This document shows positions 12,301 through 24,196 of a DNA stretch of 64,000 nt, piece by piece. Location of the stretch: the NCBI GenBank assembly GCA_000934665.2, contig KZ538018.1:62001-126000 (forward strand), read 5' to 3'. The notes below the pieces were generated by a model. It did not search any database. It saw nothing but the letters and a program-made list of their open reading frames with translations, and was not told the DNA's origin. The stretch's first letter is position 1. Each line of letters opens with the position of its first letter. Origin of the DNA: Catajapyx aquilonaris (taxonomy: Eukaryota). The position numbers and the translations under genes are program-made.

Positions 12301-14258
12301 CAGGCAGAATCAATGAGCTGGGTCTAATTGACTTAGGTGGACCCCGGTGTCTGGACACAAAAGGCGCCGAGGGCGTTAGAAGGGGGCCATTTGCAAGGCA
12401 CTCGATAGCCCTCCTAGGCCGTGGGGACAATCCAAATGTCGCCTTCATCCGGACCCAGCAGAATTTCATGGAGCAGCAGCAAAAACAGAGATTTTCATGA
12501 GCAATATTTCCTATTGCTTCATGAGCTCATTTTGATGAAAAATTGGAAGCACTGTATTTGTTATTGTCTCGAGCTCTTCAAATATGGTTTGTAAAAATAG
12601 TTCAAATATTGCAGTTTTTAAATTGACGGATTTGTCAGTGATTTATGCAGATCTTTGTGAGTTAGGTGATTTACCCTAAGGTATTCAATTTCGTGCAAGA
12701 TATCCCAAGCGTAGTGTTTGAGAGTGTAAAGTGGCTGCCGGGAGCGAAATGTTGGACATAGTTTTGAGCTATAGGGGAAGGTTTTGCTGCATCTTGGTTG
12801 TTTTCTCCTCTCCCCCATTCCGACATAATTTCCAGCGTCTTCCTGAGGCTATATTCAAAGAGAAGGGGGGGGGACTCTGAGTGGCCCTAGAAAATGCTGG
12901 GGGCTCCCTTGGGGACATACAAGGCTGGGAATTGGACTACCCCGCACCGATATGGTGTGCTGGGAAACAACGCAAGACTTTCAGATCCGATCGAATCCAG
13001 ATACATGTATTATTGTTGGGACAACTCTCTTCATGCCATTAACGGTACAAAGGACTTCTCTTGTTTCACTCGGAATTAATTCTAGCGAAATGTCACTAAG
13101 GATGTGCTATTCATGGCATGTAACTATGCAGTGCACGAGTATGAATGTTTGACGGCTGAACTTCTCATTATACGTTCTTGTCAAATCAGGAAGAATGTCT
13201 TTGACTCTCATAAAGTGTTAAATGTTGGAAATTAGAGGTGTATGAAACAGAGTCGGATATGAAGAACAAAAGTCTCATGAATGGCAATAAGCCAGTTTAA
13301 TTGGAAAAAATCTTTCATGCTCACATATATTCAAACACTACTGTACCCTCACTATTGCAGACACATTAGCTTTTATGGCCTCCAAATAACTGGAAGGACA
13401 CCCCTCTTCTCGTGTAGTCGCAAAGAGAACAAAATAAGACGAGGAGGGTGCTGGCTAAAAGGACCGAAGGAGATTGACATTGTTTTGGCAAGCTGGAAAT
13501 GAGCAGTTTATTGCTTCTAGAGCAAACTGAAAGTGAAGCTAAAAGGAAAGGGAACCCCCCCCCCCCCGGTTTTCCCTTGCATGGTGAAGCGTGAAAAGGC
13601 ACTGATTTGCACTGCTGTTTCCAAGCACAAGAGGAAATAGGTCGTGGATGGTGATGGGTAGGGGAAAAGTGAGGAAATACCAAGAAGTGCATGGGATGTA
13701 TAGAGAAGACCACAGCAGGGTCGAAACGGACCCCCAACCACGCCAAATTGCACTCACGGATTTATGAGATTTTCTGCAGAGGGGGTGATGAATGGGATTT
13801 TTTTTTCTCCTGTATGCCCCCCACTTCCATCTACAGTGTAGAAAAATGTATATCTGAAATTTGTGGCGAGTGCGTTCAAGTGACAAGCCAGTAGTTATAT
13901 AATAGAGAGAAGGCGCAAAGTTGGAGGCTTGGGTTTTGGACCTGGAGGGAGAGTGTTATGTACTGAGGTTAATGCGGTGGAGAAGGCGAGGCTTTGGTCG
14001 TTCCATGGCATATGAAAGAGAGGAGGGGGAAATGCGTACCTCGGGTGCGTGCGGTAATTAGTTTACTCTGCATGGGACTGAACGAGGGGTGGAAAAGTGT
14101 CCCTTTGGATTACACTGCGCCGTTTTTTGCGATTACAATTATTATTTTTGGGGGGGAAAAAAGTGGACACCAATATGGAAGTTTTTCAAAAACTGATTTT
14201 AATATAGCCAAAAAATGTGGACGAGACCGGAGAAACAAGATTGGAAAATCATGCGCGA

Positions 14259-14451
14259 GTGATTCGAGTAGACTTTTTTTTTCTAATTGCCAATGGAATT
14301 CAAATGGGACAACAATGACATAGAATGTTGTCTGTCTTATTTCCCGTTCCCAAGGAGCCGCGTGATTCGAGTAGACTTTTTTCTCGTTGCCAAGGAAACT
14401 CACGGACAACAATGACATAGAATGTTGTCGGTCTCAGTTCCCGTTCCCAAG
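14259..14451 (+). repeat. Tandem duplication, two copies, period 103 bp
   Basis: GTGATTCGAGTAGACTTTTTT...GGACAACAATGACATAGAATGTTGTC...TTCCCGTTCCCAAG begins at both 14259 and 14362. Confidence 0.85.
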
Positions 14452-16764
14452 AAGTTCAATGTCACCTGCCTGTAGGCTTGACCTTGGTGGATATGTACTG
14501 TACCCGGATAACCGGGAGTGGCAGGTCACCAAAAGTTGGCCATGAAACCAATGCATGATCCGCTAAATTCGAATCCAAAATCCGTTTGTCGCTATCTGTT
14601 GCGATTTGAGCCCTGATACCTGTCCACCGACAGACGGACAAAGCTGTTTTATAGGGATTTGTTTCGATGAGAGAAAAAAAAGTCTAAAACTAAGAACATC
14701 ACAAGATATTCAGGAACTGTATCATATATCTAGGTGACCTTTTACTGGCTACAATTTAGGAAATGTGGCTATCAATTTTTTTCTCATAAATATGAATATG
14801 GCCATGGCAGCGTTGGTAATGGATATTTGAGATGCTTGGACCTTCCAAAACCGGTCTGGTCTGATCTCACATGAATCTCAATTTGGACCTAACTTGTGAG
14901 AGCCTATTCCCGATTGGTCTCGCACGAAATCTGCCATAAAAGTCTTCGTTCCTCCCCACCCCATCTTTTCAATGGCATCAATAGTGTCTACGTGGCCTTC
15001 CCTTTTTTACTTCATACCTCTATAGTACGTATATATACCCCCCCTGCCAACCCACCCACCTAACACACAATCCACTCACCCCATATTTTTTTTATTGGCG
15101 CCTTTTCTTGTGATGACCATCAGCCATAGCTGGGGTCTCATATTGGAAATGGCCGAGTCTGGACGCAAGGAGAGGAAGTGAGGTCCACAATGGCCAGGGG
15201 AGTCCCCAGGGAAAAACCTATCTTCAAAAAAAATGTTCAGTCGAGGGGAACATGGAATCATATTGGGGGGGAGCTTTAATCCAAGATGCTGTAATACGTT
15301 TGTGAGGAAGTTTTGACCATTCTAGGCTCTCTAAAAGGAAAGAATTTCGAGTGTGAGGCTGGATGTTAAATAATTTCTGACGTGACATATTATGGGCATA
15401 TTTCACACCCTTTTTTATATACAACTTCATGGCCAAATGTCGTGACAATGAAAGAAATTGGCGGTCCTTTACACTCAACTCCTTCCATGGTAACAAGTCG
15501 TATAGTGGGCGATGTTTGTTCCACTCTCTCCCATCGGATATCGAAGCACATAACTCCTTTTTGGAGCAAGTCCAAATCTCGTAAGACTGTCTGAAGAAAT
15601 CCGGTTCCGGTTAGCGTAGGCAATTTCGTCCTTGGGAAGCCTCGGCGACAAAATTCTATTTTGCTGTGAGGTTGGTCTAATATGTATACAAAAGAGTGAG
15701 AAAGAGAGAGAGAGAAAAAAATGAACAGGTTTCCATGTCTCCATACTTCCGAATAGGTAGCATGCATTGTGACAAAAGAGAAATTAGATTAGATGATCTG
15801 TATATTATTCCGGGGAGGGTGCCCACGCTGCAGGTACATTTCTCACGCACTTTCCTTTTTGATCAATTCGTTCCGGCGCTTTTTTTGATCGCGTGCTTCC
15901 TTCTCCTGAGAGGTGGTTTCTGTTGTCATCTTACCTTCTTAAGTGTAATCGAAAAAATACTGTAAAATCAGTAGTATACAGATGATTCATGTCCAATTTC
16001 ATACAGCTTTAATTAGTCTCATTATGTACATTTTTTTTAAATGGGTGGAATTTAATGTTCTGTGCCAACCCAACCCTCGTCTTTCCCCTAGAAAGAATGG
16101 GGAAAAATACAGGACAGTACAGCAGGGGAAAAGGGGGTTTAGATGACGTGTCGCATAGTGGAACGTGATGTTCGGTTTTCAAATGTCACAGAGTCTCCCC
16201 TCCCATACTCTCAGTCTGATGTGTCGTGTCACATCCTCCCCAGCTTCTGTTTTTTTGCAGCTCCACGTGATTCATTCCTTGGTTAAAACAATTATTATCA
16301 TCATTTAGACTTGCATCCAAATCATCCAGGGCCTCATAATTTTCCTCCTTGGCTGCGATGGGGGAAGAGTCATTTCACACAACGATTTGAGAGGGGGGGG
16401 GGGCATGAATTCGTAAACCCTTTTTTTGGGGGATGGACGGCCCCACCCTTTTGCATTTATCTGCTGGCTTCCGATGCAAAATTCGATGCGCTTTGTATTC
16501 AGGGACCGCTCAACTAAGCGATGCACATCTGCATTGAGTGACGGGGTTAGATAGACACTGAAATGTCAGCGAATTTTATTCCATACTTTTCATCCTATAG
16601 ATAAGGATGGACCCAATTGTGTACGCTGATTTGTCAACATTTGGCCCTCTGTAGACATTTTGTTGTCATAAGGTTATGCAAAAATTTTTCCGAGTCATCA
16701 ACTTTTCCTGCTCGAGTCATTTATCCTTATCGTCGCTGGCCGGTTGGCCACTATAGAGGACTCA

Positions 16765-16912
16765 GGGCCAGTTGCACCGACCTCAGTATATCTTAGAACC
16801 TCGGGTATATCAAGAATTGCCATAGCAATCATTGTTGGTCAACAATGATTGCTATGGCAATTCTTGATATACCCGAGGTTCTAAGATATACTGAGGTCGG
16901 TGCAACTGGCCC
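16765..16912. mobile_element. Perfect palindromic MITE, PIF/Harbinger (Tourist)-like
   Basis: 16765-16837 is the exact reverse complement of 16840-16912 (73-bp arms, 2-nt spacer GT). Termini are GGGCC...GGCCC, flanked on both sides by TCA (16762-16764 and 16913-16915), a 3-bp TSD of the TNA type. Confidence 0.8.
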
Positions 16913-19900
16913 TCAATTAGCAAATGTCATTTTCCGAGTGTGCTTCGTGATGTCTCATCCCTTTATGACCCTGAAAAAAAACGGAGCTATAGGAACATAA
17001 AAGTGGCTCGGAGAAGAAAAAAAAAAGTTCCATTGTTGGGTGCGTATGCAAATGAAAAATATGCATCGGGGGGGAAAAGAGATGTGAGTAAAAAAAAATA
17101 TTCATTGGGCCGGATGTGGGCTGGAGATGATATTAAATCATGATCCCTTTTTTATGGGGGTATATATAGGAAGGGATCATCCGTTCAATCGACGGAATAG
17201 AAACGAGTCTGCATGGATGATTGTGGAAAGAAATCAATGATGGGGAAAGAGGTTGATTAGCCCGAGTGTCTTCTTTATTCTTGATGGGCCTCTTCTTGCA
17301 GAAAATTGCTGTTTCGCTACAAATTTCAATGATAACATAAATTGTTAAAGCCCATTAGCATGTAATAGCTCAATTACAAATTAATGGAAAATTGTGCTTT
17401 CATGTAACTGGGTGTAAGTCGCGTGTACTTTTTTTTAAAGAAAAAAATAAGATCCGGATACATAATGCAAATTTAAGCCTAAAAACCACCTAGGATGCTT
17501 AACTAATAAGATAGATTAACTTCTCCCACGCATGCAGTGAATAATCGGGGGCGCATACCCACCATCTAGATGGTAGTAATTTAACTCCACGGATCAAATT
17601 AAGAAAATGAAGCAAAATACGAGCATGGTTAACGCCCATTAGGTTCTGCCTTACGGGAAGTCCCACATTTTAGCTTTATTTCGACCATATATTAAACCAG
17701 CCAGTGTGTCTCTTCTTTTCTCTTTTTTCCTTCTTTTTTTGGTGGGGGATGTAGGCTACCTACAGTGTTAGGTCTAAAGCACCACCCCGCCACACAACCC
17801 CTCGTGACGCTGTTTGTCATTCTGGGTCTCGAATTATCATTCCGCTCATCAAGCTTGGGGCCGCACATCCCATTCCCAGCCCCCACTTTCTGTTGTGTTC
17901 AAGCCTTTTTGAACGTAATTTGGTTAGGGGGAACCTTCGCCTCCGCTCTTCTCTCGCTTGGTCTGTACTATACATGGGAACACACCTCCGGATTTTGAGG
18001 CCTTCTCTTGGTTTATATACATTTTGCCACACCGACACATCTAAAAATGACTTAAATGACACAAAATTCGGCAATATTGTGTGTATAATTGGTATATAAA
18101 ATAAAAATTGTAATTGTGTACATATTAATCACATATGCATTTTTCACTTATCAATATTTAATTTTTTTTAAACGAGTACAGACACATAGTCATTTTTCAG
18201 TCAAAATCTTCAACTTTTAAAGACAGTATGCTAGCTAATGAGATTCAGAACAAACCGCTATACCTACAATCCAAATTGTACCATCTGTCAGATCAGATTT
18301 AGTCGTCCATTTATTTCCATTGCTCCGTATAGATTCTCCCTTCACCCGAATCGAATTCAATGAAGGGATTTGCTTATTGCAGGCTTCAATTCCGACTGAG
18401 TTATTCGGTTAGAGAGGACGGCGGCGGATCCATCTTGACTCATGTTATTACAGGCCGTAATTAAGGTATGGAAAAGGGGACTGTAGAGGCAAAAATATCT
18501 TGACAGACACACACAAAAAAAATAGTATAAGATGCGTGACAATCCGAAACCGTGGTTTTGACACGTCGGATTAACAATCCATCAAGAGTGCCATAAAACT
18601 CAGGCTCGTGCGGGTCATTGCATGCGCCCATAAGTATAGTATTGATGCCCATAAAATGTACTGAATTATTAGTTAGGCAGGATATATTAATTGGTAAATT
18701 GGTATCGGGGGGTAGTGTTCGGTGCAAGGCTGCTATAAAAATAATTCGATGATATTTCTGGAAGCCATAATGACCTGTGGGGGTCATGGTGGCCACCAGG
18801 AGGTCCCCACACTTTTTTTTCACCCCCTCTTTTCCTCATGCATGTAAACCGAACAATCTTTCTTTTATAATTAGCTTGGCTGCAGGTGGGTGCTCCATGG
18901 GAGGTGCATGCCATCCATTTTCTTTAATATCCACCATGTAAAATCTGAATTAACTGCGTTTTGGATGGTGAAGACACTACATTTAACTTTGTAAATGATA
19001 AAAACTTCTGATTGTAATTCGTATGCTTAATGCGTCCCCATTTAATCTGGCGGGATGGCAACAGGAAGTGCGGTAATGTCTAGGCAGGCGCCGTCTGGAC
19101 ACTGGCCGTTTTGTTACGCTTTGACCCCTACGAGAATCGCGTTGACCCGGCACGTCTCTTTCGGCAAAGTAACGATCCGCTTCGAAATGGCCGAAGGATT
19201 GTGGCACAATACCCTTCTAATGTGTGTAAAAAAAAACATATGAGTCCGCACCCATGTTCTGAGTCAGTAGGACGTTACCTTGACCTTCGAGAGTACATCG
19301 CACTTACACTGTTTTACCGCTATTTTTTTTTAATTAGGTGCCAGCAGCTACCGTGGGATTGGGTCAGGGACGTACAAATTAGGGCTTGTCGTGTGTGTAC
19401 GGAGGTGGGTTCCGTAGAAACACAGGACTTCGTGGGAGTTGGAAAAAGTACAAGGTGGGCGACTGATTCAGCTTTATTGTGGAGCTTATGAGATCACGTT
19501 CCCTGGAGGCGAACGTGCGTTGGCATTCAATTGCATACCTGCGTGTATTGCGTTGTCAACACCCAAGAGGTTGAAACTTTGTCCCGTTTGTTGCGGGGGG
19601 GATGAGGGCACTGGTTTTGTCGATTGTCGCCCCATGTTGACAGGGTATACACAAGGTAGGATCAAGAGAAGGATATGGTTCTCCGGAGGGGGAAGAAACC
19701 TGCACGTGTCTCCGTAAAGCCTGTTTGTTTGACCAAAAGCGGTGTCTTTCATGTTGGGGAGGTTTATCTGGACCAGATTTTGGGATATACACTTTTGTGG
19801 AAGTTTCAACCAAGTGAATTATTCAAGACTTGCTGGTCAGATTTATGTAGCCACCCCAAAAAAGTGTGAATCACCATCATAAGAAATTGGTCAAAAAATG

Positions 19901-21353
19901 CAGCCAAACAATGCCTTTAGGAGGAGCCTTGGAGGAATAGGGGTCATAATTGTATAATGAGCATCAAGGGCGGGTATCACACAATTGAGAAAATACCAAC
20001 GGAAAAAGGGTGGAGCATTTTCTCTTGGGTGTGTGCTTTGGGAAGGAACCCCACCACTTGAAAATATTCCATTAAGAGACCTCACTATGCGATCATAATT
20101 TTTAGTCCTGGACGCCATAAAGCTATGTGGGTGTAGTCTGCAGTCTGGGTCATTGGAATGATGACTTGGGTGACCTTTTTTTCTCTGGGTAGACTGATGT
20201 AGTGTCCTTGGAGTCCCCCTAATTCAATTCCAAGTCATCCCCGCGTTTCCATTATGCTCTCTCACAATAAAATTCCGCGGGAACTCCACATTCATTTTGA
20301 GGGGGTGGAAAAAAGGGGGGGGGGGTTTACTGTGTGTAATTTTAATCAGCTGGGGCGCGTCAGTTATGAAACTAAAAGTGCAGAATCTGCATATCAATTG
20401 CAAAATTTTATTGCGCGAGGTGCAGTAATTGCGCAAAAACAGGTTGACACTGCCTGCCTGTTAGCATGCATAACGAGCGATTCTATGCGGTGTAAATTCC
20501 GGCACTGACCCCTCGGAGATTTTTTTTAAACCGTACGTTCAAATTACGGTTTCAACCCCTGCCTCTCCCACCGATACTGTGTTTGTAACGTTCGTGAAAA
20601 AAAAGTCACGCACAGTTACACTGAGAAAGACCTACCTTTTGAAAAATGCACGTCATGCCCAACTTACAAACCAACTTTCCGCAGTTTTTCCTTCACGAAA
20701 CACAATTACATAAATACATTTGTCTTAATGCCACTTCTGAGCGTGACGTCAGGCTCGACAGATTCCCCCCTTGCCCCTATGTCACGGCCCGTCACGCTGT
20801 CAACTCCCAACAATTCTCAGGATAATTCAATAAGGAATTTACAGGTACGACTATTGGGTTGACTTTTATTTTTAATCAATCAGAATTAATCAGAAATGCT
20901 ACATATTTTTTTTGTAATGAAACACAAAGCGAATAAAATTCTATACAAAATGAATAAATTAAATTAAATACCTAATATTCATATTTATACCAAGCAGCCT
21001 ACAGTTGGCGAAATAAAATAGCAGGAAAAATAATGAATAAGTAAATAAGCAAAATGAAACGGTAGGCAATACAGGAATCAATGAAACCACGAATAAGCCC
21101 CCAAATAAACCCCCGCAAGATAACGGTATCCGAGTCCTCTCTCAAAGGGGGGCAACAATGGGCCTCCCCCCCTTTTTGATCCATGTAACTGACACGCCTT
21201 GAAGAAACCGCACCTTCCAGCCCTTTTCTTTGTAGTCGACTACACCTGTACCTTCTAGGTCTGATCGATCCCATTTTCCCTCCACTCAAACTATTCCGGA
21301 ATGCACCGTTGTGTATGTATTGTTGTCCTGGTAAGACAGGTCGTGACCTTCTG

Positions 21354-21389
21354 CCCCCCCCCCCCCCNNNNNNNNNNNNNNCCCCCCCC
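21354..21389. other. Assembly gap (14 N) inside a poly-C tract
   Basis: Ns at 21368-21381 are flanked by C runs. Single Ns at 6700 and 29942 also sit in G/C homopolymers. Confidence 0.95.
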
Positions 21390-21419
21390 TCTTGCCTTTT
21401 TTTTTGATGTGATCTGAGT

Positions 21420-21600
21420 CTGTGGAAGGTGCGCCTCAGCCACAGTGTGCCGCGATTGGCGCGCGCGGTCGCGGCCAGCAAATGAATGGTCGCGCTGGGA
21501 AGGCGGCGCCCGGAATGAAAACCGTGGAGCGGAGGGGGTTGCTTGTGCTGTGCTGCGTGTAGTCGGCGGTGAATCCAAGGCTGGACCGGACGGGTCGGAA
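21420..21600 (+). promoter_or_regulatory. CpG/GC-rich promoter-like patch upstream of candidate exon 21664
   Basis: Dense CpG (gcgcgcgcggtcgcggcc), a reverse CCAAT box (gattgg at ~21454) and GC-rich tracts, next to an AT-rich stretch at 20860-21060. Confidence 0.4.
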
Positions 21601-21663
21601 AAAAGAGGAAAGAAGGTTTATCCGGGATGTGACCACAGTGTATTTCCACGTGTGTCATGTGTG

Positions 21664-21792
21664 ATGTATCGACACATGTTCCATGCCGGTGGGGGACAAC
21701 AGCATAGGAGTAGTTGTGAAGGGGTCGGAGGTGGTGGTGGGAGTGGGGGAATGTTATGGAAGTGGGACAGGAATAATATCAAGACCAAGCAG
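21664..21792 (+). CDS. Candidate alternative first coding exon of navigator: MYRHMFHAGGGQQHRSSCEGVGGGGGSGGMLWKWDRNNIKTKQ
   Basis: 43 open codons with in-frame ATGs at 21664, 21676 and 21751, ending at AAGCAG|gtacgt (phase 0). Lies directly downstream of a CpG-rich promoter-like patch. Confidence 0.5.
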
Positions 21793-21921
21793 GTACGTGC
21801 TTTTGACCCTTTGCAATTTTGATTAATGACAAGTGACCGGTGTGTGATTGCGAATTATGTCGGTGTCAATCAGACCACGTGAAGAGCGATTTTTTTGCAC
21901 GGTACATACTCGAAAGAGTGC

Positions 21922-22175
21922 TGTCAGTCACATACAGGATTCAGTATTACAACAGCGGGTTCAACAACAACGACGATGACGACACTAATAATATTAATAT
22001 ACAAAAAATAATAATTCTGACTCAAAATAATAATAGTAAATAAAATAAAGCAGCTTTTTTGCACACTGCGTACCAAACGAGTGCTGTAATTCATGTCAGT
22101 CACATACAGAATTCAGTACCATATTACAACAGCGGGTTAAACAACAACAACAACAACGATGACCACAATAATAAT
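21922..22175 (+). repeat. Local direct duplication, two copies ~172 bp apart, with (CAA)n microsatellite
   Basis: TGTCAGTCACATACAG.ATTCAGTA...TTACAACAGCGGGTT.AACAACAAC...GATGAC occurs at 21922 and 22094. Confidence 0.8.
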
Positions 22176-24161
22176 TTATATTTAAAAACTTCAAATTCAA
22201 ATTCAAAATACCTTGGGTAATAATTATTCAGAAGGATGTGTTCCTACTTGAGTTGTGACTCTCATTAACACCGGTTTGGCATGGTTTCCTTTATAATTAT
22301 TTCCTTACTGATTGTACTGCTAGGGACCCACCCTGAGAAGGAAGAGACCTGGTGAGGGTCATGCACACACACATGTACAAAAAAGAAGAATCCCCCACTA
22401 ATGGTTGTGTAGAGATACGGCGATATGGCTTTAAAGCGATGCATTAGGTTACACGTTACTTCAGAGCGAGATCTCCTCTTAATTGATCGTTAACCTCCCT
22501 GGTTTTAAGCCTTGGTTCCGTGAACAAAACGTGCGCACGTGTGTTTAGTTTTGTGATGAACATGGCATGGTGGTGAGAGCACGGGGAAAAGGAAGCAGGA
22601 CCTTAACAACAACAAAAAATGTATAGGAACTAAGTTTCCACGACTTTGCATGAGCTGCCAATCCTTCAGACATTAATGAGTGCCTCCGTACGTATAAAAT
22701 GTCGGGGGCGATAATACACCGTGTAATTCGCTCCGGTATATTCTGACCTTGCTGACCTCAAGTATTGAGCACCCCCATCCGTGTCCCGAGGGTGACAAGC
22801 CGTGACAGCGATTATATTTAGGCCATCACTCGGGATATACTTTGCGTGCTGTCTTTTTTGTTATCCTCGGGAAATAGAAGCCAAGGTTTTTGAACGCATT
22901 GTTTTCCTAGGGGCTGTCACATATATGTCCAACCTCGACCGCCACCACCCCGCCTCTCTTTGATGTTGCGTCAGAATGTAATCACGCTCACAAAAGGTGG
23001 GAGATAAATGGATGGAACCATTTGCTAATGAGATGGCCGTTGATATTGAAGAACATGACATGGCAACATCTCTTAATATCCTCCGACAGATACTCCGTCG
23101 TCATTCCTTCACAGGGATGCACACCTTCCAATTTCTTTTAAAAGGTAATATGCCTGCTTTAATAAGAGACAGCATTGAAACATTTAATTACTTACGGCTA
23201 TAGGTCTAACATAGTATTGTAATGAAATATTCAACATCCACATCGAATAAATACGAGTACTACTAGTACGAACTTGACGTTTATTTATTGACTTTAACTT
23301 CGAATATTTATTAAACGATGATTAGTACATAGACACTAGTGGGAGTGTGAAATACCGTCCTTTAAGAACACTGGAGCAATTATTGTATGACATGAATAGT
23401 TTCTTTGTAGAGCGTATGGTCAGTGTTTTAGTTAGGATGAGTCAAATATTTCTTCCGCTAACTGATGAGTAAGCATCACTGGACAGCATACTAAGCACAG
23501 CATATTAAACGTAAGTTCACATCGCATCATACAAGTATACACATTGCATTTTTCGGAGCTAGCACAGAAGCAAGCCACAATCCTTTCCTATACCCGGATA
23601 TAAGCCTAATCTGTAAACAATAGAAGTAATTTTCCTGGTCTGGGTCCCTATCTGTCAGTTCGTTTCCATTCCTTAATTATTGTGAAGCCCGTACCTTTAA
23701 TGAAAGAAATATTGACGTTAAGAAAACCGATGGCACAAGAAGCGAGCCTTATCGAAGCTTACTGTCCTTTTGATGGCTCCAAGTGCTTAGGAAAAGGAAT
23801 GGAGAGAGAGGGGGGGGGGGACTACTTCGCCACTTTTAAGGGCGGGATGGTCACTTACCTTTTCAGGACATTCTAAGACTATACTCAACGCCTTCACTTC
23901 CCAGAAAGACATTACGAATCTGTTGCCAGGAAAGAAAGTTTATCATCTCTTAAGTCAGGGGGTCATAATGAGACCCTTCACCTCTCTTGAGCAGACGAGT
24001 CGGGGTCGAGTCCGTCTGTCTGCAGGGTTAAAAACAACAACATTATGGATCTCATCATCAGAGGGCGAGGCCGAAGGAATCTGTGCAATGGCATCTCGTG
24101 TCAGTGTTAAGGACCCACCTACATGATGAGTGCCCACCTTGATGAGTGATTGTACTCTCTC

Positions 24162-24163
<2 letters not shown>

Positions 24164-24193
<30 letters not shown>
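24164..24193 (+). repeat. (TG)15 microsatellite
   Basis: Uninterrupted TG dinucleotide run. Confidence 0.95.

Positions 24194-24196
<3 letters not shown>

Noticed and set aside
15735..15833. MSPYFRIGSMHCDKREIRLDDLYIIPGRVPTLQ with a phase-0 CAG|gtacat donor
   Set aside because: Weak donor and start context, and no promoter-like sequence nearby.
20779..20844. MSRPVTLSTPNNSQDNSIRNLQ with a phase-0 CAG|gtacga donor
   Set aside because: Frame-compatible, but the start context is weak and it is within chance expectation. Not called, though worth including in junction searches.
20999..21658. 219-aa minus-strand ORF
   Set aside because: It spans an N gap of uncertain length and a poly-C tract, is antisense to the promoter-like patch, and has no recognisable homology.
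23012..23144. Protein-like segment MEPFANEMAVDIEEHDMATSLNILRQ... ending at AAG|gtaata
   Set aside because: The donor is phase 1, incompatible with the phase-0 CH exon, and I recognise no homology.
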